Assembly: GCA_902553945.1 (NCBI GenBank)
Contig: CACDMT010000003.1
Location: forward strand, 9,332-73,331
Source of the DNA: an uncultured Alphaproteobacteria bacterium
Lineage (GTDB): Bacteria; Pseudomonadota; Alphaproteobacteria; HIMB59; GCA-002718135
Direction: 5' to 3'
Length of the DNA stretch: 64,000 bases
The notes beneath the pieces are model-generated. The model was given only the letters and a program-made list of their open reading frames with translations. It searched no databases and was not told where the DNA came from. The translations under genes were made by a program, and so were the position numbers. Below, piece by piece: positions 24,932-38,226 of the stretch; the stretch's first letter is position 1; each line of letters begins with the position of its first letter.

Positions 24932-25456
24932 GTGAAACGTTCTGATAAAAAAAACTTCGTTGAAAACTTTAAAGAGGAATTGTCAAATTCATCTTCAATA
25001 ATTGTAGCTCATTATTCTGGATTAACAGTAGAAGAGTCTGAAAAACTCAGAAAAGAAATGAGAGCAAATGGAGCGAAGTTTAAAGTTACTAAGAACAGAC
25101 TCACAAAGCTTGCTATAGCTGAAACTCAATTCAAAGATATGTCAGATTTTTTTAATGGACCAACTGCCGTTGCATATTCAACAGATCCTGTTGCTCCAGC
25201 AAAAGTTTCTGTTGATTTTGAAAAAAAATTTGAAAATTTTAAAATAATTGGTGGTGGATATAATGGAGAAAAAATTGATAAAGAAAAAATCAATTTTCTT
25301 GCTACATTACCTTCTATTGATGAATTGAGAGGAAAGATTATTGGCTTGATTTCTGCACCTGCTCAAAAAATTGCGTCGATTGCAATAGAGCCTGGCGCAC
25401 AATTAGCGCGATTAATTAGTACACAAAGTAGTAGCAATTCTGGAGAGTCGAACTAG
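24932..25456 (+). CDS. rplJ: 50S ribosomal protein L10
   Basis: GTG start, 174 aa. Typical L10 N-terminal pattern (K...V......L..S.S.IVA.Y.GL.V.......+..R) and position upstream of rplL. Confidence 0.95.
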   Translation: MKRSDKKNFVENFKEELSNSSSIIVAHYSGLTVEESEKLRKEMRANGAKFKVTKNRLTKLAIAETQFKDMSDFFNGPTAVAYSTDPVAPAKVSVDFEKKFENFKIIGGGYNGEKIDKEKINFLATLPSIDELRGKIIGLISAPAQKIASIAIEPGAQLARLISTQSSSNSGESN

Positions 25457-25475
25457 GTTTAATAAGGAGTAATAT

Positions 25476-25853
25476 ATGGCTGATTTAAATAAAATAGTTG
25501 ATGATTTATCTTCTTTAACAGTATTAGAAGCCGCTGAATTGAGTAAGTTGCTTGAAGAAAAATGGGGAGTATCTGCAGCTGCACCAGTTGCCGTTGCAGC
25601 AGCACCTGCTGCAGGAGCAGGTGATGCACCAGCAGAAGAGAAATCTGAATTTGATGTTGTACTTGCTGAAGCAGGTTCAAATAAAATTGCTGTTATTAAA
25701 GAAGTGCGAACTATAACTGGTCTTGGCTTAAAAGAAGCAAAGGATCTAGTTGAGGGTGCGCCAAAACCTTTAAAGCAAGGTGTAAAAAAAGAAGAAGCTG
25801 AAGCAATGAAAAAAGCACTAGAAGGTGCTGGAGCTAAAGCAGAATTAAAATAA
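25476..25853 (+). CDS. rplL: 50S ribosomal protein L7/L12
   Basis: 125 aa. AAGGAG Shine-Dalgarno upstream, Ala/Pro hinge ([16 protein letters not shown]) and C-terminal [20 protein letters not shown] signature. Confidence 0.98.
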   Translation: MADLNKIVDDLSSLTVLEAAELSKLLEEKWGVSAAAPVAVAAAPAAGAGDAPAEEKSEFDVVLAEAGSNKIAVIKEVRTITGLGLKEAKDLVEGAPKPLKQGVKKEEAEAMKKALEGAGAKAELK

Positions 25854-25858
25854 ACTTT

Positions 25859-25885
25859 AGGCTTTTGATTTTAAATCAAAAGCCT
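25859..25885 (+). terminator. hairpin between rplL and rpoB (partial terminator/attenuator candidate)
   Basis: AGGCTTTTGAT(TT...AA)ATCAAAAGCCT forms an 11-13 bp perfect stem starting 6 nt after the rplL stop. It is followed by AATTT rather than a long T tract, so at best a leaky terminator, as known for rplL-rpoB in E. coli. Confidence 0.5.
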
Positions 25886-25905
25886 AATTTAAATAAGGAT
25901 TGTTA

Positions 25906-28900
25906 ATGAGTCTTGACTTTATAAATACTAAAAAAATTAGAAGATCTTTTGGAAAAATACCTTTAGTTACGTCATTACCTAATCTAGTTGAAGTTCAAAA
26001 AAGATCATATGATGGCTTTCTTCAGTTAAAAACTGAACCAGAAAAAAGAGACAATTCAGGATTACATGCTGTTTTTAAATCAGTATTTCCAATTCATGAT
26101 TATACCGAAAGAGCTACTGTTGATTATGTAAGTTATGACTTAGGTATTCCAAAATATGATGTTGAGGAATGTTCTCAAAGAGGCATGACATATGGAGCTC
26201 CATTATTGGTTAATTTCAGACTTATTATTTGGGATATTGATGAAATTGCAGGAACTAAATCAGTTAGAGATATTAAAGAACAAGAAGTTTACATGGGTGA
26301 CATACCGCTAATGACAAAAAATGCAACATTTGTTGTAAATGGAACAGAAAGGGTAGTTGTAAGCCAAATGCATAGATCTCCAGGTGTTTTTTTTGATCAT
26401 GATTTTGGTAAAACTCATACAAGTGGTAAGTATTTGTTTAATGCAAGAATAATACCATATAGAGGATCTTGGTTGGATTTTGAGCATGATGCAAAAAATA
26501 ATATTCACGCTAGAATAGATAGAAAAAGAAAATTCCCAGTAACAACACTGCTTAAATGTCTTTTAAATGAGATGTCTGAAAAATATATCTCAGATTGTGA
26601 ATCAAAAAAGATTGAACCTGATCCAAAGAAAATATTAGGTATGACAAATGAAGAAATTCTTAGTATTTTTTATGATCATATTTCTTATAAAAAAAATGAA
26701 TATGGCTGGCAGTTCAAAGAAGATTTGGCGTTTTATAAAGCAAAAATATTAAATTTTGATCTTTTAGATTCAAAAAATGGAAAAATTTTAATTTCAAAAG
26801 GTACAAAGGTTAATCAAAAAATAATAAATGAGATAAAGAAAAAAAATATTCAAAATTTATGTATCGAGAATTACTCATTGATAGGTCATTATTTAGCATC
26901 TGACTTAATTGATGAAAAATCGGGTAAAATTTATTATGAAGCTGGTTATGAAATTGATGAACCTTTTCTCGAATTTATAATTGACAGTAAAATATCGAAA
27001 CTAGACATACTTAAATCAGATAATATTGAAATTGGGTCTTATATAAGAAGCACAATGCAACTTGATAAAGCCAGATCAAGAGAAGAGGCGCTTTTTGAGG
27101 TATTTAAAATTCTTAGACCTGGAGAACCACCAACAATAGAGACTGCTGAAACATTATTCAATAACTTATTTTTCAATAAAGATAGGTATGACCTTTCTGC
27201 AGTTGGTAGATTAAAAATAAATTCTAAATTTAAAAAAACAACTTCTATTGATCAGCGAGTTATTGATAAAAGTGATATCATAGATGTGGTTAAACATATG
27301 CACAACCTTATTGATGGTAAAGGTGAAATAGATGATATTGATCACTTAGCAAATAGAAGAGTTCGATCTGTGGGAGAGTTGCTTGAAAACCAATATAGAA
27401 TTGGTCTATTAAAAATGGATAGAGCAATAAAAGAGAGACTTAGCTCTCTTGAAGTTGATAATATAATGCCTCAGGATATAGTTAATGCTAAACCAGTTGT
27501 TGCATCTATCAAAGAATTTTTTGGGTTAAGTCAATTAAGTCAATTTATGGATCAAACAAATCCATTAAGTGAAATTACACATAAGAGAAGAGTTTCCGCA
27601 CTTGGACCTGGAGGATTAAATAGGGAAAGAGCAGGTTTTGAGGTCAGAGATGTTCATCAAACTCATTATGGAAGAATTTGTCCAATTGAAACACCTGAAG
27701 GAGCGAATATTGGCCTTATAAATAGTCTTGCTTCATATTCAAGAATTAACCAATATGGATTTATTGAAACTCCATACAGGATTGTTAACAACGGAAAAGT
27801 TACTGAGAACGTTGTATATCTTAGCGCAATTGACGAGGAAGATTTTGTAATTGCCCAAGCTAATGCAGATATAGATAATAAAGGTAAGTTTATTAATGAA
27901 ATTGTTAGTTGCAGAAAGAATGGAGAATTTATTAACGCTGAAACTGATGCTATTGATTTAATGGATGTATCACCTCAACAACTTGTTTCTGTTGCTTCAT
28001 CATTAATACCTTTTCTTGAGAATGATGATGCTAATAGGGCATTAATGGGATCAAACATGATGAGGCAAGCAGTTCCATTAATTAAACCAAAAGCTCCACT
28101 TGTTGGAACTGGCATGGAATATACAGTCGCCAAAGATAGTGGATCAACAGTTGTTGCAAAAAGAGAAGGAATAGTTGATCAATTAGATGCAAATAGAATA
28201 GTTATCAGAGTTACAGATAAGAATGATAATTCTCTCAACAAAATTGATATTTATAATTTACTTAAGTTTCAAAGATCAAATCAAAACACGTGTATAAGTC
28301 AAAGACCACTTGTTAATGTTGGTGATAAAATTCAAAAGAATCAAGTTATAGCTGATGGTCCTGCCACAGATTTGGGAGAACTAGCACTTGGTAGAAATGT
28401 TTTAGCTGCATTTATGCCTTGGAATGGATATAATTTTGAAGACTCAATCTTAATATCAGAGAAAGTTGTTCAAGACGATGTATTTACTTCAATTCATGTT
28501 GAAGAGTTTGAAGTTATGTCGAGAGATACTAAATTAGGACCTGAAGAAATCACAAGAGATATTCCAAATGCTAGTGAAGAAATGCTTATTAATCTTGATG
28601 AGACTGGAATAGTTTACATAGGAGCTGAAGTAACATCTGGAGATATTTTAGTTGGAAAAGTAACACCAAAGGGCGAGTCTCCAATGACGCCTGAAGAAAA
28701 ATTATTAAGAGCAATTTTTGGAGAAAAAGCAGCAGATGTAAAAGATACAAGTTTAAGAGTTCCTCCTGGTGTCAAAGGAACAGTTGTTGAAATTAGAGTG
28801 TTTTCTAGAAGAGGTATCGAAAAAGATGAAAGAGCAATAAGTATTGAGAATAATCAAATTGAAGTTATAGCAAAAGATAGAGATGATGAATTAAACATAT

Positions 28901-30114
28901 TAGAAAAAAGTTTTGGGAATCATCTAAGAGAAATTTTAGTAGGTAAAAAATATCTGTCTGGTATTCAGAATATTCAGAAAAATGAAAGTTTAACTTTTAA
29001 TCAACTTGAATCACTTAGTTTAAGTGAGTTATTAAAAGTTAATATTAATGAAGATAAAGCTACTCAACAAATTGAGTCTTTAGTTAAAAATTATGAAAAT
29101 CAACTAGGAAATATTAATCAAAAATTTGAAAATAAAATTGATAAAATTCAAAGTGGAGATGAGCTTTTACCAGGGGTATTAAAATTAATAAAAGTTTTTA
29201 TCGCTGTAAAAAGAAAACTACAACCAGGTGATAAAATGGCAGGTAGACATGGAAACAAAGGAGTAATTTCAAAAATATGTCCTGTAGAAGACATGCCTTA
29301 CCTTGAAGATGGAACCCCTGTAGATATTGTTTTAAACCCTTTAGGTGTTCCAAGCAGAATGAACATTGGGCAGATTTTGGAAACACATTTAGGTTGGGCA
29401 TCAGCATCACTTGGAAAGCAAGTAAATAAGATGATTTCAAAAATGAATATAGAAGGTCAAACAAAAGATTTAAAATCAAAACTTATAGAAATATATGATC
29501 TTCAAAATCATAAAAAATTGATTGAAAAAATGAATGATGATGAGATATACGAACTAGCTAACAATTTAAAAGAAGGTATACCTTTTGCAACTCCAGTTTT
29601 TGATGGAGCAAAAGAAAAAGATATTTCATTATTACTAGATAAAGCGGGAGTATCAAATTCAGGACAAGAAATACTATATGATGGAATCACAGGTCAAAAA
29701 TTTGAAAGACCGGTAACTGTTGGTTATATGTATATGTTAAAACTTCATCATTTAGTTGATGAAAAGATACATGCAAGATCAATAGGGCCTTATAGTTTAG
29801 TAACTCAACAACCATTAGGAGGAAAAGCTCAATTTGGTGGACAGAGATTTGGTGAAATGGAAGTTTGGGCTTTAGAGGCTTATGGTGCTGCTTATACTCT
29901 TCAGGAAATCTTAACAATTAAATCTGATGATGTTGCTGGAAGAACTAAAGTTTACGAATCCATTGTGAAAGGAGATAATAACTTTGAATCAGGTACCCCT
30001 GAGTCATTTAATGTAATGGTCAAGGAGTTAAGATCTTTAGGGTTAAATTTAGAATTTAAAGAAAATATTCAAGAAAAAAATCAAACAACAAACTTGCTAG
30101 GTAAAAATGAATAA
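25906..30114 (+). CDS. rpoB: DNA-directed RNA polymerase subunit beta
   Basis: 1402 aa from ATG 25906 (the ORF track opens 2 codons earlier at TTG). [18 protein letters not shown] and [25 protein letters not shown] motifs. Confidence 0.99.
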   Translation: MSLDFINTKKIRRSFGKIPLVTSLPNLVEVQKRSYDGFLQLKTEPEKRDNSGLHAVFKSVFPIHDYTERATVDYVSYDLGIPKYDVEECSQRGMTYGAPLLVNFRLIIWDIDEIAGTKSVRDIKEQEVYMGDIPLMTKNATFVVNGTERVVVSQMHRSPGVFFDHDFGKTHTSGKYLFNARIIPYRGSWLDFEHDAKNNIHARIDRKRKFPVTTLLKCLLNEMSEKYISDCESKKIEPDPKKILGMTNEEILSIFYDHISYKKNEYGWQFKEDLAFYKAKILNFDLLDSKNGKILISKGTKVNQKIINEIKKKNIQNLCIENYSLIGHYLASDLIDEKSGKIYYEAGYEIDEPFLEFIIDSKISKLDILKSDNIEIGSYIRSTMQLDKARSREEALFEVFKILRPGEPPTIETAETLFNNLFFNKDRYDLSAVGRLKINSKFKKTTSIDQRVIDKSDIIDVVKHMHNLIDGKGEIDDIDHLANRRVRSVGELLENQYRIGLLKMDRAIKERLSSLEVDNIMPQDIVNAKPVVASIKEFFGLSQLSQFMDQTNPLSEITHKRRVSALGPGGLNRERAGFEVRDVHQTHYGRICPIETPEGANIGLINSLASYSRINQYGFIETPYRIVNNGKVTENVVYLSAIDEEDFVIAQANADIDNKGKFINEIVSCRKNGEFINAETDAIDLMDVSPQQLVSVASSLIPFLENDDANRALMGSNMMRQAVPLIKPKAPLVGTGMEYTVAKDSGSTVVAKREGIVDQLDANRIVIRVTDKNDNSLNKIDIYNLLKFQRSNQNTCISQRPLVNVGDKIQKNQVIADGPATDLGELALGRNVLAAFMPWNGYNFEDSILISEKVVQDDVFTSIHVEEFEVMSRDTKLGPEEITRDIPNASEEMLINLDETGIVYIGAEVTSGDILVGKVTPKGESPMTPEEKLLRAIFGEKAADVKDTSLRVPPGVKGTVVEIRVFSRRGIEKDERAISIENNQIEVIAKDRDDELNILEKSFGNHLREILVGKKYLSGIQNIQKNESLTFNQLESLSLSELLKVNINEDKATQQIESLVKNYENQLGNINQKFENKIDKIQSGDELLPGVLKLIKVFIAVKRKLQPGDKMAGRHGNKGVISKICPVEDMPYLEDGTPVDIVLNPLGVPSRMNIGQILETHLGWASASLGKQVNKMISKMNIEGQTKDLKSKLIEIYDLQNHKKLIEKMNDDEIYELANNLKEGIPFATPVFDGAKEKDISLLLDKAGVSNSGQEILYDGITGQKFERPVTVGYMYMLKLHHLVDEKIHARSIGPYSLVTQQPLGGKAQFGGQRFGEMEVWALEAYGAAYTLQEILTIKSDDVAGRTKVYESIVKGDNNFESGTPESFNVMVKELRSLGLNLEFKENIQEKNQTTNLLGKNE

Positions 30115-33100
30115 GGAATTAGTAAATATTTTTAATCAAAATTTAGGTGTACAAAACTTTAACAGTCTAAAAATAGCTATTGCCAGTCCCGAGAATATAA
30201 GATCTTGGTCATTTGGCGAAATAAAAAAACCAGAAACTATTAATTATAGAACTTTTAAACCTGAAAAAGATGGCTTATTTTGTTCAAGAATTTTTGGACC
30301 AGTAAAAGACTATGAATGCTTGTGTGGCAAGTATAAGCGCATGAAATTCAGAGGTATTATATGTGAAAAATGTGGAGTTGAAGTAACATTATCTAAAGTT
30401 AGACGGGATAGAATGGGTCATATTGAGTTAGCAGCCCCAGTTTCTCATATTTGGTTTATGAAATCATTACCTAGTAGAATTGCAACACTACTTGATATGA
30501 CAATTAAAAATCTTGAAAAAGTATTATATTTTGAACAATTTATAGTTGTTGAACCAGGTTTAACTGACTTAAAAAAAGGTGAAATTATTTCAGAAGAACA
30601 ATATATTAATTATCAAGACGAATATGGTGAGGATTCTTTTAGTGCATCAATTGGAGCAGAAGCAATTGAACAAATGCTTCTTAATATAGATCTAGAAAGT
30701 GAATTTGAACAAATTAAAATTGATTTATCTGAAACTAAATCAGAACTTAAAAAAACAAAGCTAACAAAAAGACTTAAACTAGTTGAATCATTTATTGTAT
30801 CTAAAAATAAACCTGAGTGGATGATATTAAGAGTACTTCCAGTAATTCCACCTGAGTTAAGACCTTTAGTTCCTTTAGATGGCGGAAGATTTGCAACTAG
30901 TGACTTAAATGATCTTTATAGAAGAGTTATAAATAGAAATAATAGATTAAAGAGACTAATAGATTTAAGAGCTCCTGATATCATCATTAGAAATGAAAAA
31001 AGAATGCTTCAAGAGTCTGTAGATGCTTTATTTGATAATGGTAGAAGAGGTAGAGTCATAACTTCTACTAATAAAAGACCCCTTAAGTCATTGTCTGATA
31101 TGTTAAAGGGTAAGCAAGGTAGATTTAGACAAAATCTTCTTGGTAAAAGAGTAGATTATTCAGGCAGATCAGTAATTGTTGTTGGGCCAAATTTAAAACT
31201 TCATCAGTGTGGTATCCCAAAAAAAATGGCTTTAGAGTTATTTAAACCATTTATTTTTCATAAACTTGATATCTACGGATGGGCCAATACAATTAAAGCA
31301 GCAAAAAAATTAGTTGAAAAAGAAGATCCTCGAGTGTGGGATATTTTAGAGGAAGTTATAAGAGAACACCCAATATTGTTAAATAGAGCCCCAACCCTTC
31401 ATAGACTTGGTATTCAGGCATTTGAACCAACTCTTATTGAAGGTAAGTCAATTCAGTTACATCCATTAGTATGTACAGCTTTTAATGCTGATTTTGATGG
31501 TGATCAAATGGCCGTTCATGTGCCACTTAGTTTGGAGTCTCAACTTGAAGCAAGAGTATTAATGATGTCAACAAATAATATATTATCACCATCGAGTGGT
31601 AAACCGATTATTGTACCTTCGCAGGATATAGTTTTGGGTATTTATTATTTATCTATTTTAAGAACTAATCAAAAAGGAGAAGGAAAATCTTTTATTGATA
31701 TCAATGAAATTTTAAAATCATTGGAAAATAATGACTTAACACTGCATTCAAAAATTACTTCAAGAGTTGAAAATTATGATGGCAGTTTTAGTAAAGTTGA
31801 AACTACTCCTGGTAGAATGTTATTAGCAGATACATTACCAAAAAATGAAAATATTAGCTTTGATTTAATTAATAAAGTTTTAACAAAAAAAGAAGTTAGT
31901 AATATAATTGACTCTGTCTATAGATTTTGTGGTCAAAAAGAGACAGTTTTATTTGCTGATCATATAATGCAATTAGGTTTCAAATACGCTGCAATAGCTG
32001 GAATATCATTTGGCAAAGATGATCTTATAATACCATCTGAAAAACAGATATTGTTAGATGAAACTCAAAAAAAAGTTATTGAATATGAAAATCAGTATCA
32101 GGATGGATTAATTACTCAAGGGGAAAAATATAATAAAGTTATAGATGCTTGGTCAGAATGTACAAATAAAGTAGCAGATAAAATGTTAGATGTTATTTCA
32201 AATCCTGAAGATGATAAGCCAATTAACTCCGTGTATATGATGGCGCACTCAGGTGCTAGAGGATCAGCTGCTCAATTAAAACAACTTTCTGGTATGAGAG
32301 GTTTGATGGCTAAACCATCTGGAGAAATTATTGAAAATCCAATTAAATCTAATTTTAAAGAGGGTTTATCTGTATTAGAATATTTTACATCAACTCATGG
32401 AGCTAGAAAAGGTCTTGCTGATACAGCATTAAAAACAGCCAGTAGTGGTTATTTAACAAGAAGATTAGTGGATGTTGCTCAAGATGCCGTTATTAGAGAA
32501 GAAGATTGTAAAACTAATAATGGAGTAATGGTTGAAGAAATTGTTGAATCTGGAAATATTACATCAACCTTGTCTGAAAGAGTATTAGGAAGAACACCAG
32601 TAGAAAATGTATTAGATGAAAATAAAAATATTATTGTAAGTGCTGGTGAAATAATTGAAGAAAAACATCTTGAAGATTTAGCAAAAAATTCGATAAGAAG
32701 CTTAAGAATTAGATCAGTTCTTACTTGTCAAACTGAAGATGGTATTTGCGCAAAGTGTTATGGTAGAGATTTAGCAAGAGGTACATCTGTAAATATAGGT
32801 GAAGCGGTAGGTATTATAGCAGCTCAATCAATCGGGGAACCTGGAACACAGCTAACTATGAGAACTTTCCATATTGGAGGTGCTGCTAGTGCATCTGTTG
32901 AACAATCTTCAGCTGTTTCTCCAATAAATGGAAAAATTAAATTTGAAAATGTAAAGTCTATTAAAGATAAATTTGATAATAATATTGTTTTGAGTAGAAA
33001 TGCAAAAATAAAAATATTTGCTAATGATGAGGAAAAATTTTCTACAAATATACCTTTTGGATCAAGATTGCTTTTTTCAGAAGATGCTGAAGTAAAAGCT

Positions 33101-34240
33101 AATCAAACTGTTGCAGAATGGGATCCATACACTCTACCTATAATTTCAGAAAAAAAGGGCTACGCCAAATATGTTGATCTGAAACAAGGAATATCTTTTA
33201 GAGAAGCGATAGATGATACTACTGGTATTGGAAGTAAAGTTGTAATTGATTGGAGTCAAAATCAAAAAAGTAAGAACTTTAAACCAGCAATTAATATATT
33301 AGATACTATTGATGCATCTACAGATGAAGAGTTAGATAATTTTGTTAATTATCCTATGTCAATAGATACAATACTTAGTATTGAAGATGGTCAGGAAGTT
33401 TCTGCAGGACAAGTTCTAGCTAGAATACCAAAAGAGTCTTCAAAAACTAAAGATATTACAGGAGGCCTTCCAAGAGTTGCTGAACTTTTTGAAGCTCGTA
33501 AACCTAAAGACCCTGCAATCATGTGTGAAATTGATGGAAAAATATCTTTTGGTAAAGATTTTAAAAATAAAAGAAGAGTCATAATTACAAGTGTTGATGA
33601 AAATGAAACTTTTGAGTTATTAATTCCTAGATCCAAATACCTTAATGTTCAAGAAGGTGATTATGTAAAAAAGGGAGATATACTTGTTGAGGGCACCCCT
33701 GTACCTCATGATATATTGAGAATTCTTGGTGTTGAAGAACTAGCTAGATATTTGGTTCGTGAAGTTCAATCAGTATATAAACTACAAGGTGTTTATATAA
33801 ATGATAAGCATATAGAAACTATAGCTAGACAAATGTTACAAAAAGTATTGATTAAAGACCCAGGTGACTCAAGTTTAATTTCAGGTGAGCAAATTCAAAA
33901 AAGAGATTTAATAAAATTAAATAAACAATTAGAAGAAAATGGCAAAAAACTTATTGAATTTGAACCAGTTTTACTTGGTATTACTAAAGCAAGCCTTCAA
34001 ACTGACTCATTTATATCTGCTGCATCATTTCAAGAAACTACAAAAGTATTAACAGACGCAGCAACTCTAGGAAAGACTGATACTCTAAATGGATTAAAGG
34101 AAAATGTGATAGTTGGAAGGTTAATTCCAGCAGGAACTGGTAGGATGACTACAGAATATGAAAAATTAGCATCTTTAAAGGATAAAGAGATCATGGATCA
34201 AAGAAAGTCTATGGAGGAAAATCAAGAAAATTCTGAATAA
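30107..34240 (+). CDS. rpoC: DNA-directed RNA polymerase subunit beta'
   Basis: 1377 aa. Zn-finger CLCGKYKR....G..CEKCG, catalytic [12 protein letters not shown] and the [15 protein letters not shown] switch region. 8-nt overlap with rpoB. Confidence 0.99.
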   Translation: MNKELVNIFNQNLGVQNFNSLKIAIASPENIRSWSFGEIKKPETINYRTFKPEKDGLFCSRIFGPVKDYECLCGKYKRMKFRGIICEKCGVEVTLSKVRRDRMGHIELAAPVSHIWFMKSLPSRIATLLDMTIKNLEKVLYFEQFIVVEPGLTDLKKGEIISEEQYINYQDEYGEDSFSASIGAEAIEQMLLNIDLESEFEQIKIDLSETKSELKKTKLTKRLKLVESFIVSKNKPEWMILRVLPVIPPELRPLVPLDGGRFATSDLNDLYRRVINRNNRLKRLIDLRAPDIIIRNEKRMLQESVDALFDNGRRGRVITSTNKRPLKSLSDMLKGKQGRFRQNLLGKRVDYSGRSVIVVGPNLKLHQCGIPKKMALELFKPFIFHKLDIYGWANTIKAAKKLVEKEDPRVWDILEEVIREHPILLNRAPTLHRLGIQAFEPTLIEGKSIQLHPLVCTAFNADFDGDQMAVHVPLSLESQLEARVLMMSTNNILSPSSGKPIIVPSQDIVLGIYYLSILRTNQKGEGKSFIDINEILKSLENNDLTLHSKITSRVENYDGSFSKVETTPGRMLLADTLPKNENISFDLINKVLTKKEVSNIIDSVYRFCGQKETVLFADHIMQLGFKYAAIAGISFGKDDLIIPSEKQILLDETQKKVIEYENQYQDGLITQGEKYNKVIDAWSECTNKVADKMLDVISNPEDDKPINSVYMMAHSGARGSAAQLKQLSGMRGLMAKPSGEIIENPIKSNFKEGLSVLEYFTSTHGARKGLADTALKTASSGYLTRRLVDVAQDAVIREEDCKTNNGVMVEEIVESGNITSTLSERVLGRTPVENVLDENKNIIVSAGEIIEEKHLEDLAKNSIRSLRIRSVLTCQTEDGICAKCYGRDLARGTSVNIGEAVGIIAAQSIGEPGTQLTMRTFHIGGAASASVEQSSAVSPINGKIKFENVKSIKDKFDNNIVLSRNAKIKIFANDEEKFSTNIPFGSRLLFSEDAEVKANQTVAEWDPYTLPIISEKKGYAKYVDLKQGISFREAIDDTTGIGSKVVIDWSQNQKSKNFKPAINILDTIDASTDEELDNFVNYPMSIDTILSIEDGQEVSAGQVLARIPKESSKTKDITGGLPRVAELFEARKPKDPAIMCEIDGKISFGKDFKNKRRVIITSVDENETFELLIPRSKYLNVQEGDYVKKGDILVEGTPVPHDILRILGVEELARYLVREVQSVYKLQGVYINDKHIETIARQMLQKVLIKDPGDSSLISGEQIQKRDLIKLNKQLEENGKKLIEFEPVLLGITKASLQTDSFISAASFQETTKVLTDAATLGKTDTLNGLKENVIVGRLIPAGTGRMTTEYEKLASLKDKEIMDQRKSMEENQENSE

Positions 34241-34254
34241 ATATATATAATTTC

Positions 34255-34283
34255 TTGACTTTTTTCATATCAATTAATAAAGA
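34255..34283 (+). promoter_or_regulatory. weak candidate promoter upstream of rpsL
   Basis: TTGACT at 34255-34260, followed by an A/T-rich TAATAA/TAAAGA region with imperfect spacing. It lies in the 101-nt gap between rpoC and rpsL. Confidence 0.25.
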
Positions 34284-34341
34284 CCCGCTACGATTGTTAA
34301 AGGTCGTGGACATTTGTTCAAACACTTAACAGAAGGGAATT

Positions 34342-34713
34342 ATGCCAACTATTAACCAGTTAGTTAGAAACGGTAGGAAGTCAGTAAACAAAAGAAACAA
34401 GGTTCCCGCCTTAACTGCTTGTCCTCAAAAAAGAGGAGTGTGTACCAGAGTTTATACAACTACCCCAAAAAAACCAAATTCAGCACTTAGAAAAGTAGCT
34501 AGAGTGAAGTTAACTAATGGCCAAGAAGTTTCTGCGTATATTCCAGGAGAAGGACATAATTTACAAGAACATTCTGTCGTCCTTATTAGAGGAGGAAGAG
34601 TTAAGGATTTGCCCGGAGTTAGATATCATATTTTGCGTGGCACACTTGATACCCAAGGAGTAAGTACTAGAAAACAAAGGCGCTCTCTTTATGGAGCCAA
34701 AAAACCAAAATAA
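34342..34713 (+). CDS. rpsL: 30S ribosomal protein S12
   Basis: 123 aa. [26 protein letters not shown] and [14 protein letters not shown] signatures. Confidence 0.99.
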   Translation: MPTINQLVRNGRKSVNKRNKVPALTACPQKRGVCTRVYTTTPKKPNSALRKVARVKLTNGQEVSAYIPGEGHNLQEHSVVLIRGGRVKDLPGVRYHILRGTLDTQGVSTRKQRRSLYGAKKPK

Positions 34714-34716
34714 TAT

Positions 34717-35187
34717 ATGTCTAGAAGAAGAGCAGCAGAAAAAAGAACAATACTTCCTGATCATAAGTATAAAGATTTAGTTTTGGCTAAATTCATGAAT
34801 AGAATAATGATTGATGGAAAAAAATCTGTCTCTGAAAAAATAGTTTACGGAGCATTCGATATTGTTTCAAAGAAAACAGATAAAAGCCCTATCGATTTTT
34901 TTCATGAAGCTTTAAATAATGTAAAGCCCTCCTTAGAAGTAAGATCAAGAAGAGTTGGAGGAGCTACTTATCAGGTGCCCATGGAAGTTAGACCAAAAAG
35001 AGCCCAGGCATTAGCAATGAAATGGATCGTCGAGTCAGCAAACAAAAGAAATGAAAAAACAATGAGGGAAAGAGTTGCTAATGAAATATTAGATGCATTT
35101 AGTAACAAAGGTAATTCAGTAAAAAAAAGAGAAGAAACTCATAAGATGGCTGAAGCAAATAGAGCATTCTCACATTTTAGATGGTAA
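34717..35187 (+). CDS. rpsG: 30S ribosomal protein S7
   Basis: 156 aa. MSRRR.A.KR, G.KS.AE.IVY.A and E...AANN.G.A.KK+E..H+MAEAN+AF.H.RW signatures. Confidence 0.98.
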   Translation: MSRRRAAEKRTILPDHKYKDLVLAKFMNRIMIDGKKSVSEKIVYGAFDIVSKKTDKSPIDFFHEALNNVKPSLEVRSRRVGGATYQVPMEVRPKRAQALAMKWIVESANKRNEKTMRERVANEILDAFSNKGNSVKKREETHKMAEANRAFSHFRW

Positions 35188-35191
35188 TATA

Positions 35192-37270
35192 ATGTCCAGA
35201 TCACATCCCTTAGATAAATATAGAAACATTGGTATAATGGCTCATATTGATGCAGGTAAAACTACCACAACAGAAAGAATTTTATATTATACAGGCAAGT
35301 CACACAAAATTGGTGAAGTTCATGATGGTGCAGCAACAATGGATTGGATGGAGCAAGAACAAGAAAGAGGTATTACAATTACATCAGCTGCTACAACTTG
35401 TTTTTGGAATGATCATAGAATTAATATCATAGATACTCCTGGACATGTTGACTTTACAATTGAAGTTGAAAGATCTCTTAAAGTTTTAGATGGAGCAGTT
35501 GCTGTTTTTGATGGTGTAGCTGGAGTTGAGCCACAGTCTGAAACTGTTTGGAGACAAGCTGATAAATATAACGTGCCCAGAATGTGTTTTATTAATAAAT
35601 TAGATAGAACAGGAGCTAATTTTTTTATGTGCGTTGATATGATTTCAGAAAGATTAGGCTCTTATCCCCTGGTAACTCAACTTCCAATAGGTATTGAAAG
35701 CAATCTCAAAGGTGTTGTTGATTTAGTTTCAAATAATGCAATTATTTGGCAAGATGAAAGTTTAGGTGCTAAATTTGACATAGTAGATATTCCTGAAGAT
35801 TTAAAAGATAAAGCAAATGAATATAGAGAAAAATTAATTGAAAAAGCTGTCGAGGAAGATGACTCTATAATGGAAAGCTACCTTGATGGTAAAGAGCCTT
35901 CAGTAGAAGATATAAAAAAATGTATTAGAAAAGGTACAATAAGTGGATCTTTTGTACCAGTTCTTACTGGATCTGCTTTTAAAAATAAAGGAGTTCAACC
36001 TCTTCTTGATGCGGTTGTAGATTACATGCCATCACCAAAAGATGTTGCTAGTGTTAAAGGTGTAGATATTAAAGATGATTCTCTAGAACTTACAAGAAAT
36101 TGTGAAGATAATGAGCCTTTTAGCGCTCTAGCATTTAAAATTATGACGGACCCATTTGTAGGGAGTTTAACATTTGCCAGAATTTATTCTGGAACAATAA
36201 ATACGAAAGACTCAGTTTTGAATTCTAATTCTGGTAAAAAAGAAAATATTGGTAGAATGTTATTAATGCATGCAAATAATAGAGAAGAAATTAAAACTGC
36301 TAACGCAGGAGATATTGTAGCCCTTGTTGGTCTAAAAGATGTGACCACTGGTGAAACTTTATGTGATAATAGTAAACCAATAGTTCTTGAAAGAATGGAT
36401 TTTCCAGATCCTGTAATAGAAGTTGCCGTTGAACCTAAAACTAAAGCAGATCATGAAAAAATGGGTACTGCATTGGGCAGATTAGCACAAGAAGATCCAA
36501 GTTTCAGAGTTACAACTGATCAAGAGAGCGGTCAAACTATTATAAAAGGTATGGGAGAACTTCATCTTGAAATCCTTGTTGATAGAATGAAAAGAGAATT
36601 TAAAGTTGAGGCAAATGTTGGAGCTCCTCAGGTAGCATATAGAGAAACAATATCTAATACATTTGATGTTGATTATACTCATAAAAAACAATCAGGTGGA
36701 GCTGGTCAGTTTGCAAGAGTTAAAATCATTTTTGAACCAGGTGAAGCAGGTAGCGGATATGAGTTTATAAATAAAATAAAAGGTGGTAACATTCCAACAG
36801 AACATATTCCAGGAGTTGAAAAAGGTCTTATAGCCCAACAAAATACTGGGGTTGTTGCAGGTTTCCCATGTATAGATTTTAAGGCAACTTTATATGACGG
36901 TGCTTATCACGATGTCGACTCAAGTGTATTAGCATTTGAAATTGCTGCTAGAGCAGCATTTAGAGAAGGTATAGCTAAGGCTAGCCCAGTTTTATTGGAA
37001 CCAATGATGAAAGTTGAAGTAGTAACTCCTGAAGAATATATGGGAGATGTTATTGGAGATTTGAATAGTAGAAGAGGTCAAGTTCAGGAAATGTCAACAA
37101 GAGGTAATGCAAACGTTGTAAATGCTATGGTTCCTCTCGCAAACATGTTTGGATATGTAAATAATTTAAGATCTTTATCTCAAGGAAGAGCAAATTATAC
37201 AATGCAATTTGATCACTATGAACAAGTCCCATCAAATGTAGCAGAAGAAGTAAAGGCAAAGTTAGCATAA
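35192..37270 (+). CDS. fusA: translation elongation factor G
   Basis: 692 aa. [33 protein letters not shown] and the full EF-G domain order. Confidence 0.99.
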   Translation: MSRSHPLDKYRNIGIMAHIDAGKTTTTERILYYTGKSHKIGEVHDGAATMDWMEQEQERGITITSAATTCFWNDHRINIIDTPGHVDFTIEVERSLKVLDGAVAVFDGVAGVEPQSETVWRQADKYNVPRMCFINKLDRTGANFFMCVDMISERLGSYPLVTQLPIGIESNLKGVVDLVSNNAIIWQDESLGAKFDIVDIPEDLKDKANEYREKLIEKAVEEDDSIMESYLDGKEPSVEDIKKCIRKGTISGSFVPVLTGSAFKNKGVQPLLDAVVDYMPSPKDVASVKGVDIKDDSLELTRNCEDNEPFSALAFKIMTDPFVGSLTFARIYSGTINTKDSVLNSNSGKKENIGRMLLMHANNREEIKTANAGDIVALVGLKDVTTGETLCDNSKPIVLERMDFPDPVIEVAVEPKTKADHEKMGTALGRLAQEDPSFRVTTDQESGQTIIKGMGELHLEILVDRMKREFKVEANVGAPQVAYRETISNTFDVDYTHKKQSGGAGQFARVKIIFEPGEAGSGYEFINKIKGGNIPTEHIPGVEKGLIAQQNTGVVAGFPCIDFKATLYDGAYHDVDSSVLAFEIAARAAFREGIAKASPVLLEPMMKVEVVTPEEYMGDVIGDLNSRRGQVQEMSTRGNANVVNAMVPLANMFGYVNNLRSLSQGRANYTMQFDHYEQVPSNVAEEVKAKLA

Positions 37271-37578
37271 TGGAATCTCAAAATATTAGAATAAGATTAA
37301 GAGCTTTTGATAACTCTCTTTTAGATAATAGCACTCAAGACATAATTGAAACTGCTAAAAGAACTGGAGCAAAAGTTAAAGGCCCAATCCCTTTACCTAC
37401 TCGTTTTGAAAGATTTACTGTTAATAAATCTCCTCATATTGACAAAAAAAGTAGAGATCAATTTGAAATAAGAACACATAATAGACTTCTTGATATAATT
37501 GATCCCACACCTCAGACTGTTGATGCTCTCATGAAGTTAGATTTATCTGCAGGAGTTGAGGTAGACATAAAAATATAG
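37270..37578 (+). CDS. rpsJ: 30S ribosomal protein S10
   Basis: 102 aa. IRI+L.AFD...LD, GPIPLPT and SPH.DKKSR+QFE.RTH.RL.DI motifs. Its start shares one nt with the fusA stop. Confidence 0.98.
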   Translation: MESQNIRIRLRAFDNSLLDNSTQDIIETAKRTGAKVKGPIPLPTRFERFTVNKSPHIDKKSRDQFEIRTHNRLLDIIDPTPQTVDALMKLDLSAGVEVDIKI

Positions 37579-37580
37579 AT

Positions 37581-38225
37581 ATGAAAAGATCAGGTTTAAT
37601 TGCAAAAAAAATTGGTAATTCTTCATATTTTGAAGATGAAGGAAAATTTTCTCATGTAACAATATTAAAAGTTGAAGATTGTATTGTTTCAAAAACAAAA
37701 ACAATTGAAAAAGATGGTTATAACGCAATTCAATTAGCAAGTATTGATACAAATAAAGATTTAAATAAAATTAAAAAACCGCAAAGAAAAAATTTTAGTT
37801 TAATAAAATTAAATCCAAAAAAAATTTTAAAAGAATTTAGAGTTGATTTAGATAATATGCTTGAAGTAGGAACAATTTTAAATGTTCAACATTTTAAAAA
37901 AGATCAATTTGTTGATGTAAGAGGATGTACAATTGGTAAAGGTTTCGCCGGTGTTATGAAAAGACATAATTTTTCTGGTCTTAGAGCATCTCACGGAGTA
38001 TCCATTTCCCATAGATCTCATGGATCCACTGGTCAAAATCAAGATCCCGGAAGAGTTTTTAAAGGAAAAAAAATGGCAGGCAGAATGGGAGCCACTAACA
38101 TTACAAAGCAAAATTTACAAATAGTCGAAATAGATGAAAAAAATCAAATAATAATAATTAAAGGTGCTGTTCCTGGTAAAAATAATTCAATTGTTTTTCT
38201 AAGTGACGCAGTTAAAAAAAATTAA
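37581..38225 (+). CDS. rplC: 50S ribosomal protein L3
   Basis: 214 aa. GKGF.GVMKRHNF.G..ASHG.S..HR..GS.G and GKKM.G.MG motifs. Confidence 0.97.
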   Translation: MKRSGLIAKKIGNSSYFEDEGKFSHVTILKVEDCIVSKTKTIEKDGYNAIQLASIDTNKDLNKIKKPQRKNFSLIKLNPKKILKEFRVDLDNMLEVGTILNVQHFKKDQFVDVRGCTIGKGFAGVMKRHNFSGLRASHGVSISHRSHGSTGQNQDPGRVFKGKKMAGRMGATNITKQNLQIVEIDEKNQIIIIKGAVPGKNNSIVFLSDAVKKN

Positions 38226-38226
38226 T

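Noticed and set aside
25459-25680. 73-aa antisense ORF inside rplL (Q/L/H-rich).
   Set aside because: It is the mirror image of the GC-rich Ala/Pro hinge codons of L7/L12, is low-complexity, and sits entirely within a certain gene.
34281-34310. Small hairpin CTACGA-N10-TCGTGG in the rpsL leader.
   Set aside because: It has only 6 bp including a G-U pair, a large loop and no flanking T tract, which is not enough to call a regulatory element.
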